Assembly: GCA_944392965.1 (NCBI GenBank) | Contig: CALXYM010000011.1 | Coordinates: 738 to 64,737 of the forward strand | DNA: 64,000 nucleotides | Source: an uncultured Spirochaetaceae bacterium | GTDB lineage: Bacteria; Spirochaetota; Spirochaetia; Sphaerochaetales; Sphaerochaetaceae | Reading direction: 5' to 3' | Part shown: positions 1 to 9,134 of the stretch, one piece after another | How the letters are laid out: each line of letters begins with the position of its first letter | Position numbering within the stretch: the first letter of the stretch is position 1 | The notes under the pieces: model-generated | The model's database searches: none | What the model was told of the DNA's origin: nothing | Seen by the model: the letters and a program-made list of their open reading frames with translations, nothing else | Made by a program: the position numbers and the translations under genes

Positions 1-367
1 ATTCCTCTTTCAATACATAGACCGCGTAGTCATCCTGAGGAATTCCCATGTGAACGGTCTCCCCAAGTGTCTTGCAGAGTTGTTGGGCAAAAGGGCGGGC
101 CGTACTTACAAGATCGATATATTTCAGCGACCTTGATCCCACGGAGAACATCTTCAGCGTCAGATGGTAACGGTCCGCACTGTCACGGTAGACATAGCCA
201 AGGTTTGACAAGGATGAGAGAAAGCGTAGAAGGGTTGCCTTAGGCAGTTCAGTCTGCTTGCTAAGACTCTCTAGATTGCTCGATTCGCATGCAGAGAGCG
301 TCTCGAGTATGTTGATGGTGCGCAATACCGCACTCATCTGCTTTTCTTCATCCTTCTCTTTTGCCAT
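1..367 (-). CDS. IclR-family transcriptional regulator (KdgR-like), N-terminal part. The 3' end runs off the window.
   Basis: Own translation of the minus strand from the ATG at 367 gives MAKEKDEEKQMSAVLRTINILETLSACESSNLESLSKQTELPKATLLRFLSSLSNLGYVYRDS..., an IclR-type winged HTH. It starts 4 nt after the uxaC stop on the same strand. It is absent from the ORF track because there is no stop in the window. Confidence 0.7.
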   Translation of the reverse strand, partial: MAKEKDEEKQMSAVLRTINILETLSACESSNLESLSKQTELPKATLLRFLSSLSNLGYVYRDSADRYHLTLKMFSVGSRSLKYIDLVSTARPFAQQLCKTLGETVHMGIPQDDYAVYVLKEE

Positions 368-370
368 CAA

Positions 371-1774
371 TCAACCCTCGAAATACTTCTGAGCGTTGTT
401 GAATGAGATATCCTCGACGATCTTACCAAGATATTCCTCGTCGTATGGGACTTCCCCATTTTCCGCCCATGTTCCGATCACGTTACAGAGTATTCTTCTG
501 AAATACTCGTGTCTCGGGTAGGAGAGGAAGCTCCTTGAGTCGGTGAGCATTCCAACGAACTTTGGAAGTGTTCCAAGGTTTGCGAAGGTCTTGAGCTGCT
601 CTTCCATTCCATCTTTATGATCACAGAACCACCATGCAGATCCCATCTGGAGCTTTCCAGAAACTCCTCCTCCCTGATAGCATCCGATAAGGGTCATGAG
701 AGTGTAATAATCCTTTGGATTGAGAGAGTAGACGATTGTCTTTGGCACACTGTCTGTATCCGTCAGGCGACTGAAGAAGATTGAGAAACCTTCAGCGAGT
801 TCCTTATCATGTACACCATCAAATCCAGTGTCCGGTCCCATCGCCTTGAACATGAGTGCGTTGTTATCCCTGATGGATGCAAAGTGGAGCTGCATCGCGA
901 TATTCCTCTCGTGATATGCCTTTGCGAGCGCGAAGAGGACATATGTTCTGTATGCATCAATCTCTTCTGCTGTAAGGGATGCACCATTCATCTTCTTCTC
1001 GAATACGAGATTTACATTCTTCTCATCCCAGAATGTGTGAGGACATGTGATAAGAGCATGGTCACTTGCTCTGCAGCCGAGGCTTGCGAAGAAATCGAGT
1101 CTCTTGATGAGTGCTTTTACGACATCTGCGACACTCTTGATCTCCATGTCTGCCGCTTTCCCCAGCTTATCGATGTAGGCGGCATAATCGGCCTTGTCGA
1201 TGTTGATCGCCTTGTCTGGGCGGTATGATGGGATGACCTTTGCCGGACACTTTCCTTCTTCCCTGATCTTTTTGTGCATTGCAAGATCATCTGCAGGATC
1301 ATCTGTTGTGCCAACTGCGTATACGTTGAACTTCTTCATGATGCCGAATACGGAGAGTTCTGGATCATTTGCAAACTTATCGTTAGCCTCATCATAGATC
1401 TTTTTCGCCGTTTTTCTTGAGAATACGTCTGTGATTCCAAAGTATCTCTGGAGCTCAAGATGCGTCCAGTGATAGAGGGGGTTTCCGATCAGGTTCTCCA
1501 TTGTCTCTGCCCATGCCATGAACTTTTCGAATGGATCCACATCTCCTGTGATGATGTTCTCATCAAAGCCCATCCATCTCATCTGTCTCCATTTATAGTG
1601 ATCCCCGCCGAGCCATGCGTCAGTGATTGTCGTAAATCTCTTATCCTCTGCGATCTGGGAAGGGATCAGGTGGCAGTGGTAATCAAAAATAGGCATCTTC
1701 GCAGCATGGTCGTGGAAGAGCCTTTTGGCCATTTCATTGTCTAATAGAAAATCTTCATCCATGAATTTCTTCAT
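371..1774 (-). CDS. uxaC: Glucuronate isomerase (uronate isomerase)
   Basis: The ORF 371..1813 reads MKKFMDEDFLLDNEMAKRLFHDHAAKMPIFDYHCHL..., typical of UxaC. I place the start at the ATG at 1774 (M14 of the track ORF), which is preceded by AAGGAGG. Confidence 0.9.
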   Translation of the reverse strand: MKKFMDEDFLLDNEMAKRLFHDHAAKMPIFDYHCHLIPSQIAEDKRFTTITDAWLGGDHYKWRQMRWMGFDENIITGDVDPFEKFMAWAETMENLIGNPLYHWTHLELQRYFGITDVFSRKTAKKIYDEANDKFANDPELSVFGIMKKFNVYAVGTTDDPADDLAMHKKIREEGKCPAKVIPSYRPDKAINIDKADYAAYIDKLGKAADMEIKSVADVVKALIKRLDFFASLGCRASDHALITCPHTFWDEKNVNLVFEKKMNGASLTAEEIDAYRTYVLFALAKAYHERNIAMQLHFASIRDNNALMFKAMGPDTGFDGVHDKELAEGFSIFFSRLTDTDSVPKTIVYSLNPKDYYTLMTLIGCYQGGGVSGKLQMGSAWWFCDHKDGMEEQLKTFANLGTLPKFVGMLTDSRSFLSYPRHEYFRRILCNVIGTWAENGEVPYDEEYLGKIVEDISFNNAQKYFEG

Positions 1775-1837
1775 AAATTCCTCCTTGTGTAATAAAGAGG
1801 GGAGGCTAGACAAGAGCTAATCTCCCCACTCTTTGTA

Positions 1838-3355
1838 TTATAGTACGACCCCGTCTTTGAGAATCGATATCTCTGCGTAGCCGTTTTCTTCGTTTTTCGT
1901 CCTCTTTTCCCCGTTTGCGATTGCGATTATCAGTTTGAGAAGATCCGAAAGGACTTTCTCCGCATCTTCTGTAAGCATCGCTCCTGCATTAAAGTCAATC
2001 CAGTTGGCCTTCTTCTCTGCAAGAGTTGGGTTGGTGGCGATCTTGACTGTCGGAACAGGAGATCCAAGCGGTGTGCCTCTTCCTGTCGTGAATAGGATCA
2101 TATGTGCTCCTGCCGCACTCTGAACAGTTGTCGATACGATGTCGTTTCCCGGTCCCGTGAGAAGGTTCATTCCCTTCTCCTTGACCCTTTCTCCGTATTT
2201 GAGAACTGCAGATACTGGAGCTCTTCCACCTTTCTGGATGCACCCAAGGCTCTTATCCTCCAATGTTGTGATTCCTCCGGCCTTATTTCCCGGGCTGGGG
2301 TTCTCGTAAACTACCTGTCCATGGGAGGTAAAGTAATGTTTGAAGCCGTTTATCATGTCGACGATGTCGTTATATACATCCTTGTTGACAGCCCTGTTCA
2401 TAAGGATCTGCTCTGCTCCGAACATCTCGGGTACTTCCGTAAGTATCGCTGTTCCTCCCATCGCAACAAGTTCATTTGTGAACCTTCCAACAAGGGGGTT
2501 TGCCGTGATTCCTGAGAATCCATCAGAACCACCGCATTTCATTCCTACTACAAGACGGGACATGGAGACGCTTGTCCTTCTGTCATTCTTCATGACTTCG
2601 GCAATTTCCTTCATCAGGCTCTTTGCCTCTTCCAGTTCGTCCTCGTAGTCCTGGCATACCATGAATTTTACCCTTTCAGGATCCACGTCTCCGCATAGAG
2701 CTTTGAACTCGGGCATCGTGTTGTTCTCGCATCCAAGTCCTATTACGAGAACGCCACCTGCGTTCGGATGGTTTACGAGATCCGCGAGAATCACACGCGT
2801 GTTCTCATGATCTCCTCCCATCTGCGAGCATCCGAAGGGATGGATCCATGCGTGCACTCCATCTTCTAGTCCCAGGTTCTCATTTCCCCAGGCTTCAAGG
2901 TTCTTGGAAATCTGGTTCACGCATCCGACGGTCGGGACAATCCAGAGTGCGTTCCTGATTCCGATCTTCCCATTCTTTCTCTCATATGCATTGATCGTAG
3001 GAACTTTTGAGTCCGTGTATCCCTTCTTTTTCTCATTCATCTCGAGGACACATTCTTTTGCCATTCCCTCGTCATATGTGTATTCGGCATTTTCACTGAG
3101 TCCTGTTTTCACATTGAACGTATGAACTGCGCTTCCAACAGGAATGTCTTCCTTCGCATAGCCGATGGGATATCCGTATTTGATCACAGGTTCACCCTTC
3201 TTTATATCGAACAGTGATATCTTATGTCCTGCCGTGATATCCATTGTGGATGTGATCGTAAGGTCGTCGATGTTGAGCACATCCCCTTTTACGATAGGGG
3301 ATAGTGCAACTGCGACATTATCCTTATCAGTTATCCTAATAAGTTTTTTCGCCAT
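1838..3355 (-). CDS. uxaA: Altronate dehydratase (UxaA family, SAF N-terminal domain)
   Basis: 505-aa ORF with MAKKLIRITDKDNVAVAL...GHKISL (SAF domain) and a C-terminal UxaA/GarD-like region. It lies between uxaB and uxaC. Confidence 0.9.
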   Translation of the reverse strand: MAKKLIRITDKDNVAVALSPIVKGDVLNIDDLTITSTMDITAGHKISLFDIKKGEPVIKYGYPIGYAKEDIPVGSAVHTFNVKTGLSENAEYTYDEGMAKECVLEMNEKKKGYTDSKVPTINAYERKNGKIGIRNALWIVPTVGCVNQISKNLEAWGNENLGLEDGVHAWIHPFGCSQMGGDHENTRVILADLVNHPNAGGVLVIGLGCENNTMPEFKALCGDVDPERVKFMVCQDYEDELEEAKSLMKEIAEVMKNDRRTSVSMSRLVVGMKCGGSDGFSGITANPLVGRFTNELVAMGGTAILTEVPEMFGAEQILMNRAVNKDVYNDIVDMINGFKHYFTSHGQVVYENPSPGNKAGGITTLEDKSLGCIQKGGRAPVSAVLKYGERVKEKGMNLLTGPGNDIVSTTVQSAAGAHMILFTTGRGTPLGSPVPTVKIATNPTLAEKKANWIDFNAGAMLTEDAEKVLSDLLKLIIAIANGEKRTKNEENGYAEISILKDGVVL

Positions 3356-3356
3356 C

Positions 3357-4844
3357 TTATTTCTCCATGAGCTTTGTAATCGCCTTCTCCATGCCCTCTG
3401 TCCAGATGCTTTCGAGATCTTCTGCGATTACCTTCTCCAGTCCATCGACCTTAGTCAGATCCTGCCCCCACCATGCATCCATGGAGAGAACTGCGTTTGC
3501 AATCTTCTCACTCTTTTCCTTCACAGAGGAATAGGAAGCACTGTAGAGTTCCTGGAATTTCTTGAGGACATCCATGCTGTCCTTGATCTGATAGACTTCT
3601 CCATTTCTCATTCCTTTGAGGTAATCTGCCTCAATCTCTGTTCCCTCATAGAAGGAGATCAAAGCGGCAAGGCTGAATGGAAGAACCTTTGGCAGACATT
3701 TTTTCTTCTCGATATATCCAAGAAGGGAAGGAAGGTCTCTTGTCTTGAACTTTGATGTGCTGTTGAGGCTGATTGAGAGGAGAAGGTGTACGATGTACGG
3801 GTTCTGGAATCTCTCAAGCACATCGCCTGCATATGATGTAAGAAGAGTCTTGTCTCCATCCATGCTCTCGATGATCTCATCGAAAAGGCCTCTCTTCATG
3901 AAAGAGGAGATGAGAGGGGAGTGCATGCACTCTTCAACAGTGTTCAGTCCTGTCTGGTAGGCTGCGAGGACGCTCATCGTGTGTGCACCGTTGAGGATGC
4001 GTACCTTTCTCGTGCGGAAGAACGTCATGTCATCCGTCCATACGACATTGAGTCCTGCCTTTCCGGTAGGAAGCTCATCCTCATGACTCTTGGCCTTATA
4101 TTCAATGGCCCAGAAGAGGAAGCTTTCTGCAGCGTCAAGAAGATTGTCCTTGTATCCGAGTTTTTCCTGGATCTTCTCTGCTTCTGCTCTCGGGTAACCC
4201 GGAACGATCCTGTCGACAAGACTGTTGCAGAAATCACATGCATTGTTTACCCAGTCGATGAACTCTTTTTCCAGACCCCAGGCTTCAGCGTGCTGAAGGA
4301 CATACTTCTTAAGTGTGTCTCCATTCTTGTCTATGAGCTCGCATGGAATGAAGATCAGACCCTTTGAAGCATCTCCACCGAATGTCTTGAATCTTCTGTA
4401 AAGGAATGCGGCAACCTTTCCTGGGAAGGATTTCTGAGGCTTGTCTTCAAGTTTTACAGATGGATCATATGCGATTCCCGCCTCTGTTGTGTTGGAGAAT
4501 ACGAAGCGAAGATCCGGGTTGTCAGCCTGGCTGATATAGTTCTCGTAATCGGTATATGCGTTTATGCATCCACGTACGGAAGTGATCTTTCTGTAGTCCT
4601 CGATCTCCTTTCCATTTTCGATTCCTCTGAGAACCGTGGTATAGAAGCCGTTCTGGGCATTGATCATGTCTCCCATGCCCCTTTCAAGAGGCTGAACCAT
4701 TATCACATCTCCATTGAAATCTGTTTTCTCATTCAAAATGTCGATCTGCCAATCGATGAATGCTCTTAAAAAGTTTCCCTCCCCGAACTGGATCGCCTTG
4801 ATTGGACGATTTGGACGGGTTGTGATTTCCTGAATTGCCTGCAT
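3357..4844 (-). CDS. uxaB: Tagaturonate reductase / altronate oxidoreductase (mannitol dehydrogenase family)
   Basis: 495-aa ORF with N-terminal IKAIQFGEGNFLRAFIDWQID, typical of UxaB. It is the first gene of the uxaBAC operon. Confidence 0.85.
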   Translation of the reverse strand: MQAIQEITTRPNRPIKAIQFGEGNFLRAFIDWQIDILNEKTDFNGDVIMVQPLERGMGDMINAQNGFYTTVLRGIENGKEIEDYRKITSVRGCINAYTDYENYISQADNPDLRFVFSNTTEAGIAYDPSVKLEDKPQKSFPGKVAAFLYRRFKTFGGDASKGLIFIPCELIDKNGDTLKKYVLQHAEAWGLEKEFIDWVNNACDFCNSLVDRIVPGYPRAEAEKIQEKLGYKDNLLDAAESFLFWAIEYKAKSHEDELPTGKAGLNVVWTDDMTFFRTRKVRILNGAHTMSVLAAYQTGLNTVEECMHSPLISSFMKRGLFDEIIESMDGDKTLLTSYAGDVLERFQNPYIVHLLLSISLNSTSKFKTRDLPSLLGYIEKKKCLPKVLPFSLAALISFYEGTEIEADYLKGMRNGEVYQIKDSMDVLKKFQELYSASYSSVKEKSEKIANAVLSMDAWWGQDLTKVDGLEKVIAEDLESIWTEGMEKAITKLMEK

Positions 4845-4901
4845 TTTCCTTTCTCCTTGTTTCTTGAACTTTTATATTTGCATTATTCCGCTTTATTCTT
4901 A

Positions 4902-4923
4902 TTTGTGGAACATGGTTTCATTT
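4902..4923. promoter_or_regulatory. Imperfect palindrome TGGAAC-ATG-GTTTCA upstream of uxaB; candidate IclR/KdgR-type operator
   Basis: The minus strand reads AAATGAAACCATGTTCCACAAA, which resembles the TGAAAC..GTTTCA core of KdgR boxes. It sits about 60-80 nt upstream of the uxaB start. Confidence 0.3.
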
Positions 4924-5063
4924 TAGTTTTACTATATGTTAACTGTCAATTAAAAAGAATTGTATTTTGCCGTATCCTTTTGAATTAATAAGTTGATTTT
5001 TGGTTATGAACCAAGGCTTTTCTATTGCATTCCTTTACTTTTCCGGTTAATCTCTTTTCCCCG

Positions 5064-5756
5064 ATGAGAGATGATATAATAAAAAGACTTGAGAAACTTG
5101 ATTACTACAGCCATGTGGATATAATCCATCTGCTGAGAAAGGAGATAGGAGAAATCCTTTATTATGATGATTCTGTGGGGCTTGTGCTCAGGCATCCTGT
5201 CGGAACCGTTTTCGCCGTTCCTTTTTCCTGCGATTTCCAGCCGCTTTATGATGCCATAGGAGAAGAGGAGCTCATCTCTGTGCATTCAGAGCGGATGTAT
5301 GAGCACTATCTATCCATCGGCTATTCATCCAATGGTCCCTGCTATACATATTCCTATCATGGAGGAATGCTTGATGAGGGGCCTTATGAGTATCGTATCA
5401 TGCGTCTTAATGATCTTGATATCCTCAAAGAACACTATAATGCAAGCGAAGAGTCTCTTATATATGATTTAGAGCATGAAAACGTTTTCTCCATTGAGAA
5501 GGATGGGACGATCATGGGGTTCTGTGGCTTCCATTGTGAGGACTCGATGGGCCTTCTTGTCATCTTTCCTGAATACAGGAGAAAAGGACTCGGTACGTAT
5601 ATGGAAAGCCATGTCATAAACGAGGCTCTCAGGCGGAGACAGGTCCCATTTTGCAATGTATATCTGACGAATGAGGCGAGTATCGGTCTTCAGGAGAAAC
5701 TCGGGCTCATAAAAGGGGATGTGCTTTCCTGTTGGGTCTGGAAGGAACGTTCCTGA
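5064..5756 (+). CDS. GNAT-family N-acetyltransferase
   Basis: The C-terminal half reads GFCGFHCEDSMGLLVIFPEYRRKGLGTYMESHVINEAL..., with an acetyl-CoA binding R-x-x-G-x-G/A-like motif. The start is chosen at MRDDIIKRLEKL (M14 of track ORF 5025..5756). Confidence 0.7.
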   Translation: MRDDIIKRLEKLDYYSHVDIIHLLRKEIGEILYYDDSVGLVLRHPVGTVFAVPFSCDFQPLYDAIGEEELISVHSERMYEHYLSIGYSSNGPCYTYSYHGGMLDEGPYEYRIMRLNDLDILKEHYNASEESLIYDLEHENVFSIEKDGTIMGFCGFHCEDSMGLLVIFPEYRRKGLGTYMESHVINEALRRRQVPFCNVYLTNEASIGLQEKLGLIKGDVLSCWVWKERS

Positions 5757-5819
5757 CCGTCTTCCATTATGCTACCTGCAAGGTAGTCCGTCACCGTGGC
5801 CTCTGGCTCTGATAGCTAG

Positions 5820-6222
5820 TGATGGTTCTCCCATTTCTTCAGAAAGGTCCGCCATTCTTTTATCAGATTATTTTCAATATCTGCTTCCAAATCCAGAGTA
5901 TCTATATTCAGAAGTCCCGCCTTTGCCAGGATTATAAAATTTTCTTCTAGGTAATGACTTAGTGCATAGGTGTTCGATGAACTGCCACTAAGCTCTGGTT
6001 CAATCCCGTCAAATCCATATGCAAGATCCTTTCGCTCATCTGTATTGTCCAGAGCTTTACAATCTCATTGATGCGGAGATGAACCGCATTGAGTTCCGTT
6101 TTAGTTATTTCTGACAAGGAGGATAGAATTCTTCCATTGTTTTCTGCTTTTCTTCTCGGGGTAAACCGTTCATATCTGCCTGGATTAGTTTTAAGGTTTC
6201 TTGAAGTGTGGCGTTTTTTCAT
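5820..6222 (-). pseudogene. Multi-frameshifted gene remnant of unknown family
   Basis: Three minus-strand frames each carry protein-like stretches. These are KNATLQETLKLIQADMNGLPREEKQKTMEEF, then LSEITKTELNAVHLRINEI, then DERKDLAYGFDGIEPELSGSSSNTYALSHYLEENFIILAKAGLLNIDTLDLEADIENNLIKEWRTFLKKWENHH*. None forms a complete ORF. Confidence 0.3.
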
Positions 6223-6396
6223 GGAAACATGGAGGCAAGTGTTTGTAGAATAATAAGATGGAGGAGGAAAGAAGTGCTATTTTTGTTGCATTTTGTTGTT
6301 TTTTCAGTTTTCTGCAAAATATGCTGGCCTTTCATAATTCATTGCCGTTCCGTATTTTAGACCGGTTTTCAATGATTTGACTTCCCTCTATTTTAT

Positions 6397-6425
6397 TTGA
6401 CAGCGACAGACATGACCTTTACAAT
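6397..6425 (+). promoter_or_regulatory. Sigma70-type promoter of the BMP/nucleoside ABC operon
   Basis: TTGACA (6397-6402), a 17-nt spacer, then TACAAT (6420-6425). It lies about 30 nt upstream of the RBS and ATG at 6456. Confidence 0.5.
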
Positions 6426-6455
6426 TATCTCACGATAACTCTATTTAGGAGAGAC

Positions 6456-7520
6456 ATGATGAAAAAATTCTTAGCAGTTTTATTGATGGTTGCTCTGTCT
6501 TTCGCTGCTTTTGCCCAGGGTGCAGGCGAGAGTGCAGGTTCTTCTGATTCTCTGAAGATCGGAATGGTTACTGATGCCGGTACCATTGATGACCGTTCTT
6601 TCAATCAGGGAACTTATGAAGGTATAGCTCGTGCAGCCGAGGAACTCGGTCTTGAATGTACATATCTTCGTCCAGCGGGAACAACGACGACGGATTATCT
6701 TACGGCAATCTCCGATCTTTACGATCAGGGATACAGGTTCATTGCCTGCCCTGGATATCTTTTCGTAGAGGCCGTTTCCCAGGCACAGCAGATGTATGAG
6801 GATCTCATGATCGTAATCATCGATGATGCCCTTGCTTCTGGAATAGGTGCGAACACGGTTGCCGTCACATTCCGTGAGAACGAGGCAGGGTTCCTTGCCG
6901 GAGTTGCTACGGCATTAAAGCTCGGTGAGGGAGAAGTAGGCTTTGTCGGTGGTCTTGAGATTCCTGCAGTTCAGAAGTTCAACTGGGGATTCCAGCAGGG
7001 AATCACATATGCGAATGAGAATCTTGGAACGAATATTACGATGAACGAGAATAACTTCGTATATTCCGGATCTTTCGCAGACCTTGCTCTTGGTCAGCAG
7101 CTTGCAACAGCTATGTATGATTCAGGCGTTGATGCTATCTTCGCTGCTGCTGGTGGTACTGGTGTTGGTGTTATCAATGAGGCAAAGAACAGAAGGCTCT
7201 CTGGCGAGGATGTCTGGGCCATCGGTGTCGACGTTGACCAGTATACGGTAGGAGATATGGGAAATGGTGAGTCCTGTGTCCTTACAAGTGCAATGAAGGA
7301 TGTCGCAGGTGTTGCTTACGACCAGGCTGTTGCAGCAGCAAACGGCACGTTCGAAGGTGGACGCCATATCGAGCTCGGTGTTGCTGAGGGAAGAGCGGGA
7401 ATTCCTGCATCCAATCCTAATCTCACTCCTGAGATCGAGGCTCAGGTTGCACAGGTCGCGGAACTTATCAGGTCCGGAGAGGTTACCGTACAGGCAACCA
7501 GTGATGGTCTTTTCAAATAA
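6456..7520 (+). CDS. BMP-family (PnrA/TmpC-like) ABC substrate-binding lipoprotein, probably nucleoside-binding
   Basis: Signal peptide MMKKFLAVLLMVALSFAAFA, followed by KIGMVTDAGTIDDRSFNQGTYEGI, a BMP family hallmark. Matching ABC ATPase and permease genes follow. Confidence 0.9.
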   Translation: MMKKFLAVLLMVALSFAAFAQGAGESAGSSDSLKIGMVTDAGTIDDRSFNQGTYEGIARAAEELGLECTYLRPAGTTTTDYLTAISDLYDQGYRFIACPGYLFVEAVSQAQQMYEDLMIVIIDDALASGIGANTVAVTFRENEAGFLAGVATALKLGEGEVGFVGGLEIPAVQKFNWGFQQGITYANENLGTNITMNENNFVYSGSFADLALGQQLATAMYDSGVDAIFAAAGGTGVGVINEAKNRRLSGEDVWAIGVDVDQYTVGDMGNGESCVLTSAMKDVAGVAYDQAVAAANGTFEGGRHIELGVAEGRAGIPASNPNLTPEIEAQVAQVAELIRSGEVTVQATSDGLFK

Positions 7521-7541
7521 GAATTGAACGCGCATAAGTAA

Positions 7542-7568
7542 GGGCCGCCTTATTTTGGCGGCCTTTTT
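7542..7568 (+). terminator. Intra-operon rho-independent terminator/attenuator after the binding-protein gene
   Basis: GGGCCGCC-ttatttt-GGCGGCC stem-loop followed by TTTTT. Confidence 0.6.
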
Positions 7569-7610
7569 ACCTACTAGTCGTGCAGAAATGCACCCTCATT
7601 TGGAGAAGTA

Positions 7611-9134
7611 ATGAGTCACGTAATTGAAATGATTGGGATTCGGAAGGAGTTCCCGGGGATTGTTGCAAACGATGATATAACCCTGCAGGTAGAGGAGGGG
7701 GAGATCCATGCGATACTTGGAGAGAACGGAGCCGGTAAGAGCACTCTCATGAGTATCCTTTTCGGACTTTACCGCCCAGACAGGGGAATAATAAAAGTCA
7801 GGGGAAAGGAAGTTCATATAACAAGCCCGAATGACGCCTTCGATTTGGGCATCGGCATGGTTCATCAGCATTTCCAGCTTGTACATAATTTCACGGTTGC
7901 CGAGAACATCATATTGGGAAAGGAAGGCGGGTTCGTATACGATATAAAAAGCGCAAGCAAGAAAATCAAAGAGATTTCAGACCGTTATGGACTCTCTGTT
8001 GACCCAGAGATGGTCATAGAGGAGATAACGGTAGGAATGCAGCAGCGTGTTGAGATATTGAAGATGCTTTACCGTGATGCGGATATTCTCATCTTTGATG
8101 AACCAACTGCTGTTCTCACCCCACAGGAAATAGACGAGCTCATGCAGATTATGAGAAATCTCGCAGCTGAGGGGAAATCCATCATTCTCATCACCCATAA
8201 GCTCGATGAGATAAAAGCCGTCGCAGAGCGGTGTACGATTATAAGACGTGGAAAACTCATAGATGTCGTCGATGTGAAATCGACATCCGCTGAGGATATG
8301 GCGGCTCTTATGGTCGGGCGGCCTGTCAGTTTCAAGGTCGAGAAATCAGAAGCCATGCCGAAGGACGTTGTTCTTGAGATAAGAAATCTGAATGTAATGA
8401 ATAACAAGAAGGTCCTCGGAGTCAAGGATTTCTCCCTTTCTGTAAGAAGAGGGGAGATTGTGGGTATTGCAGGTGTCGATGGAAACGGGCAGAGTGAACT
8501 GGTTGAAGCCATAAGTGGACTGAGAAAAGTTGAGAGTGGAAATATAATCTTCAATGGTAAGGATATTACAAACGCCTCCATCCTGGAGAGGAATGAGATG
8601 GGACTTGGACATATCCCTGAGGACAGGCAGAAACGAGGTCTGATCCTCTCCTTGCCGCTTTCAACGAATTTCGTAGTAAAAGAGTTCTTTAAGGAGCCGT
8701 ATTCCAGGCATGGAATATTGAATAACGAGGCTATTGAGGAATATGGAGAGAAGATCATAGATAAGTTCGATGTCAGAAGCGGGGAGGGTATCCACTCCTA
8801 TGCAGGAAAGCTCTCAGGTGGTAATCAGCAGAAGGCTATTATTGGAAGGGAGATCGAGGCAGATCCAGAACTTCTCATCGCAGTTCAGCCGACCAGAGGC
8901 CTTGATGTCGGAGCAATTGAATTCATCCACAAGGAGCTCGTTAAGGAGAGAGATAATAACAAGGCTGTTCTTCTTGTGTCTTTCGAGCTTGATGAGATAT
9001 TCAATCTTTCAGACAGGATTGCCGTAATGAACGCCGGTCGTCTGATCGACATCGTCTATACGAAGGATACAGATGAACATGCTGTGGGCCTGATGATGGC
9101 GGGAATAAAGAAGGAGGAGAGAAGTGAAGAGTAA
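7611..9134 (+). CDS. ABC transporter ATP-binding protein with two fused ABC domains
   Basis: Walker A GENGAGKST, a second-domain Walker A-like GVDGNGQSE, and signature LSGGNQQK. The protein is 507 aa. Confidence 0.9.
   Translation: MSHVIEMIGIRKEFPGIVANDDITLQVEEGEIHAILGENGAGKSTLMSILFGLYRPDRGIIKVRGKEVHITSPNDAFDLGIGMVHQHFQLVHNFTVAENIILGKEGGFVYDIKSASKKIKEISDRYGLSVDPEMVIEEITVGMQQRVEILKMLYRDADILIFDEPTAVLTPQEIDELMQIMRNLAAEGKSIILITHKLDEIKAVAERCTIIRRGKLIDVVDVKSTSAEDMAALMVGRPVSFKVEKSEAMPKDVVLEIRNLNVMNNKKVLGVKDFSLSVRRGEIVGIAGVDGNGQSELVEAISGLRKVESGNIIFNGKDITNASILERNEMGLGHIPEDRQKRGLILSLPLSTNFVVKEFFKEPYSRHGILNNEAIEEYGEKIIDKFDVRSGEGIHSYAGKLSGGNQQKAIIGREIEADPELLIAVQPTRGLDVGAIEFIHKELVKERDNNKAVLLVSFELDEIFNLSDRIAVMNAGRLIDIVYTKDTDEHAVGLMMAGIKKEERSEE

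Noticed and set aside
5022-5285. 87-aa minus-strand ORF upstream of or overlapping the GNAT gene
   Set aside because: It is antisense to the 5' end of the GNAT CDS and its promoter region. It has no domain and no RBS.
6281-6296. 16-nt exact match TTTGTTGCATTTTGTT shared with 22960..22975
   Set aside because: It is a low-complexity T-rich string in two promoter regions. A single 16-mer match in 64 kb of AT-biased intergenic DNA is compatible with chance, and no extended similarity flanks it.
8069-8758. 229-aa minus-strand ORF (similar long antisense ORFs occur at 18798..19454, 60591..61211, 32076..32663, 3165..3755 and 42218..42757)
   Set aside because: Each lies wholly inside, and antisense to, a strongly supported ABC, XDH-like, uxa or hydG gene. 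Compositions are Ser/Leu/Arg-rich and typical of antisense frames.
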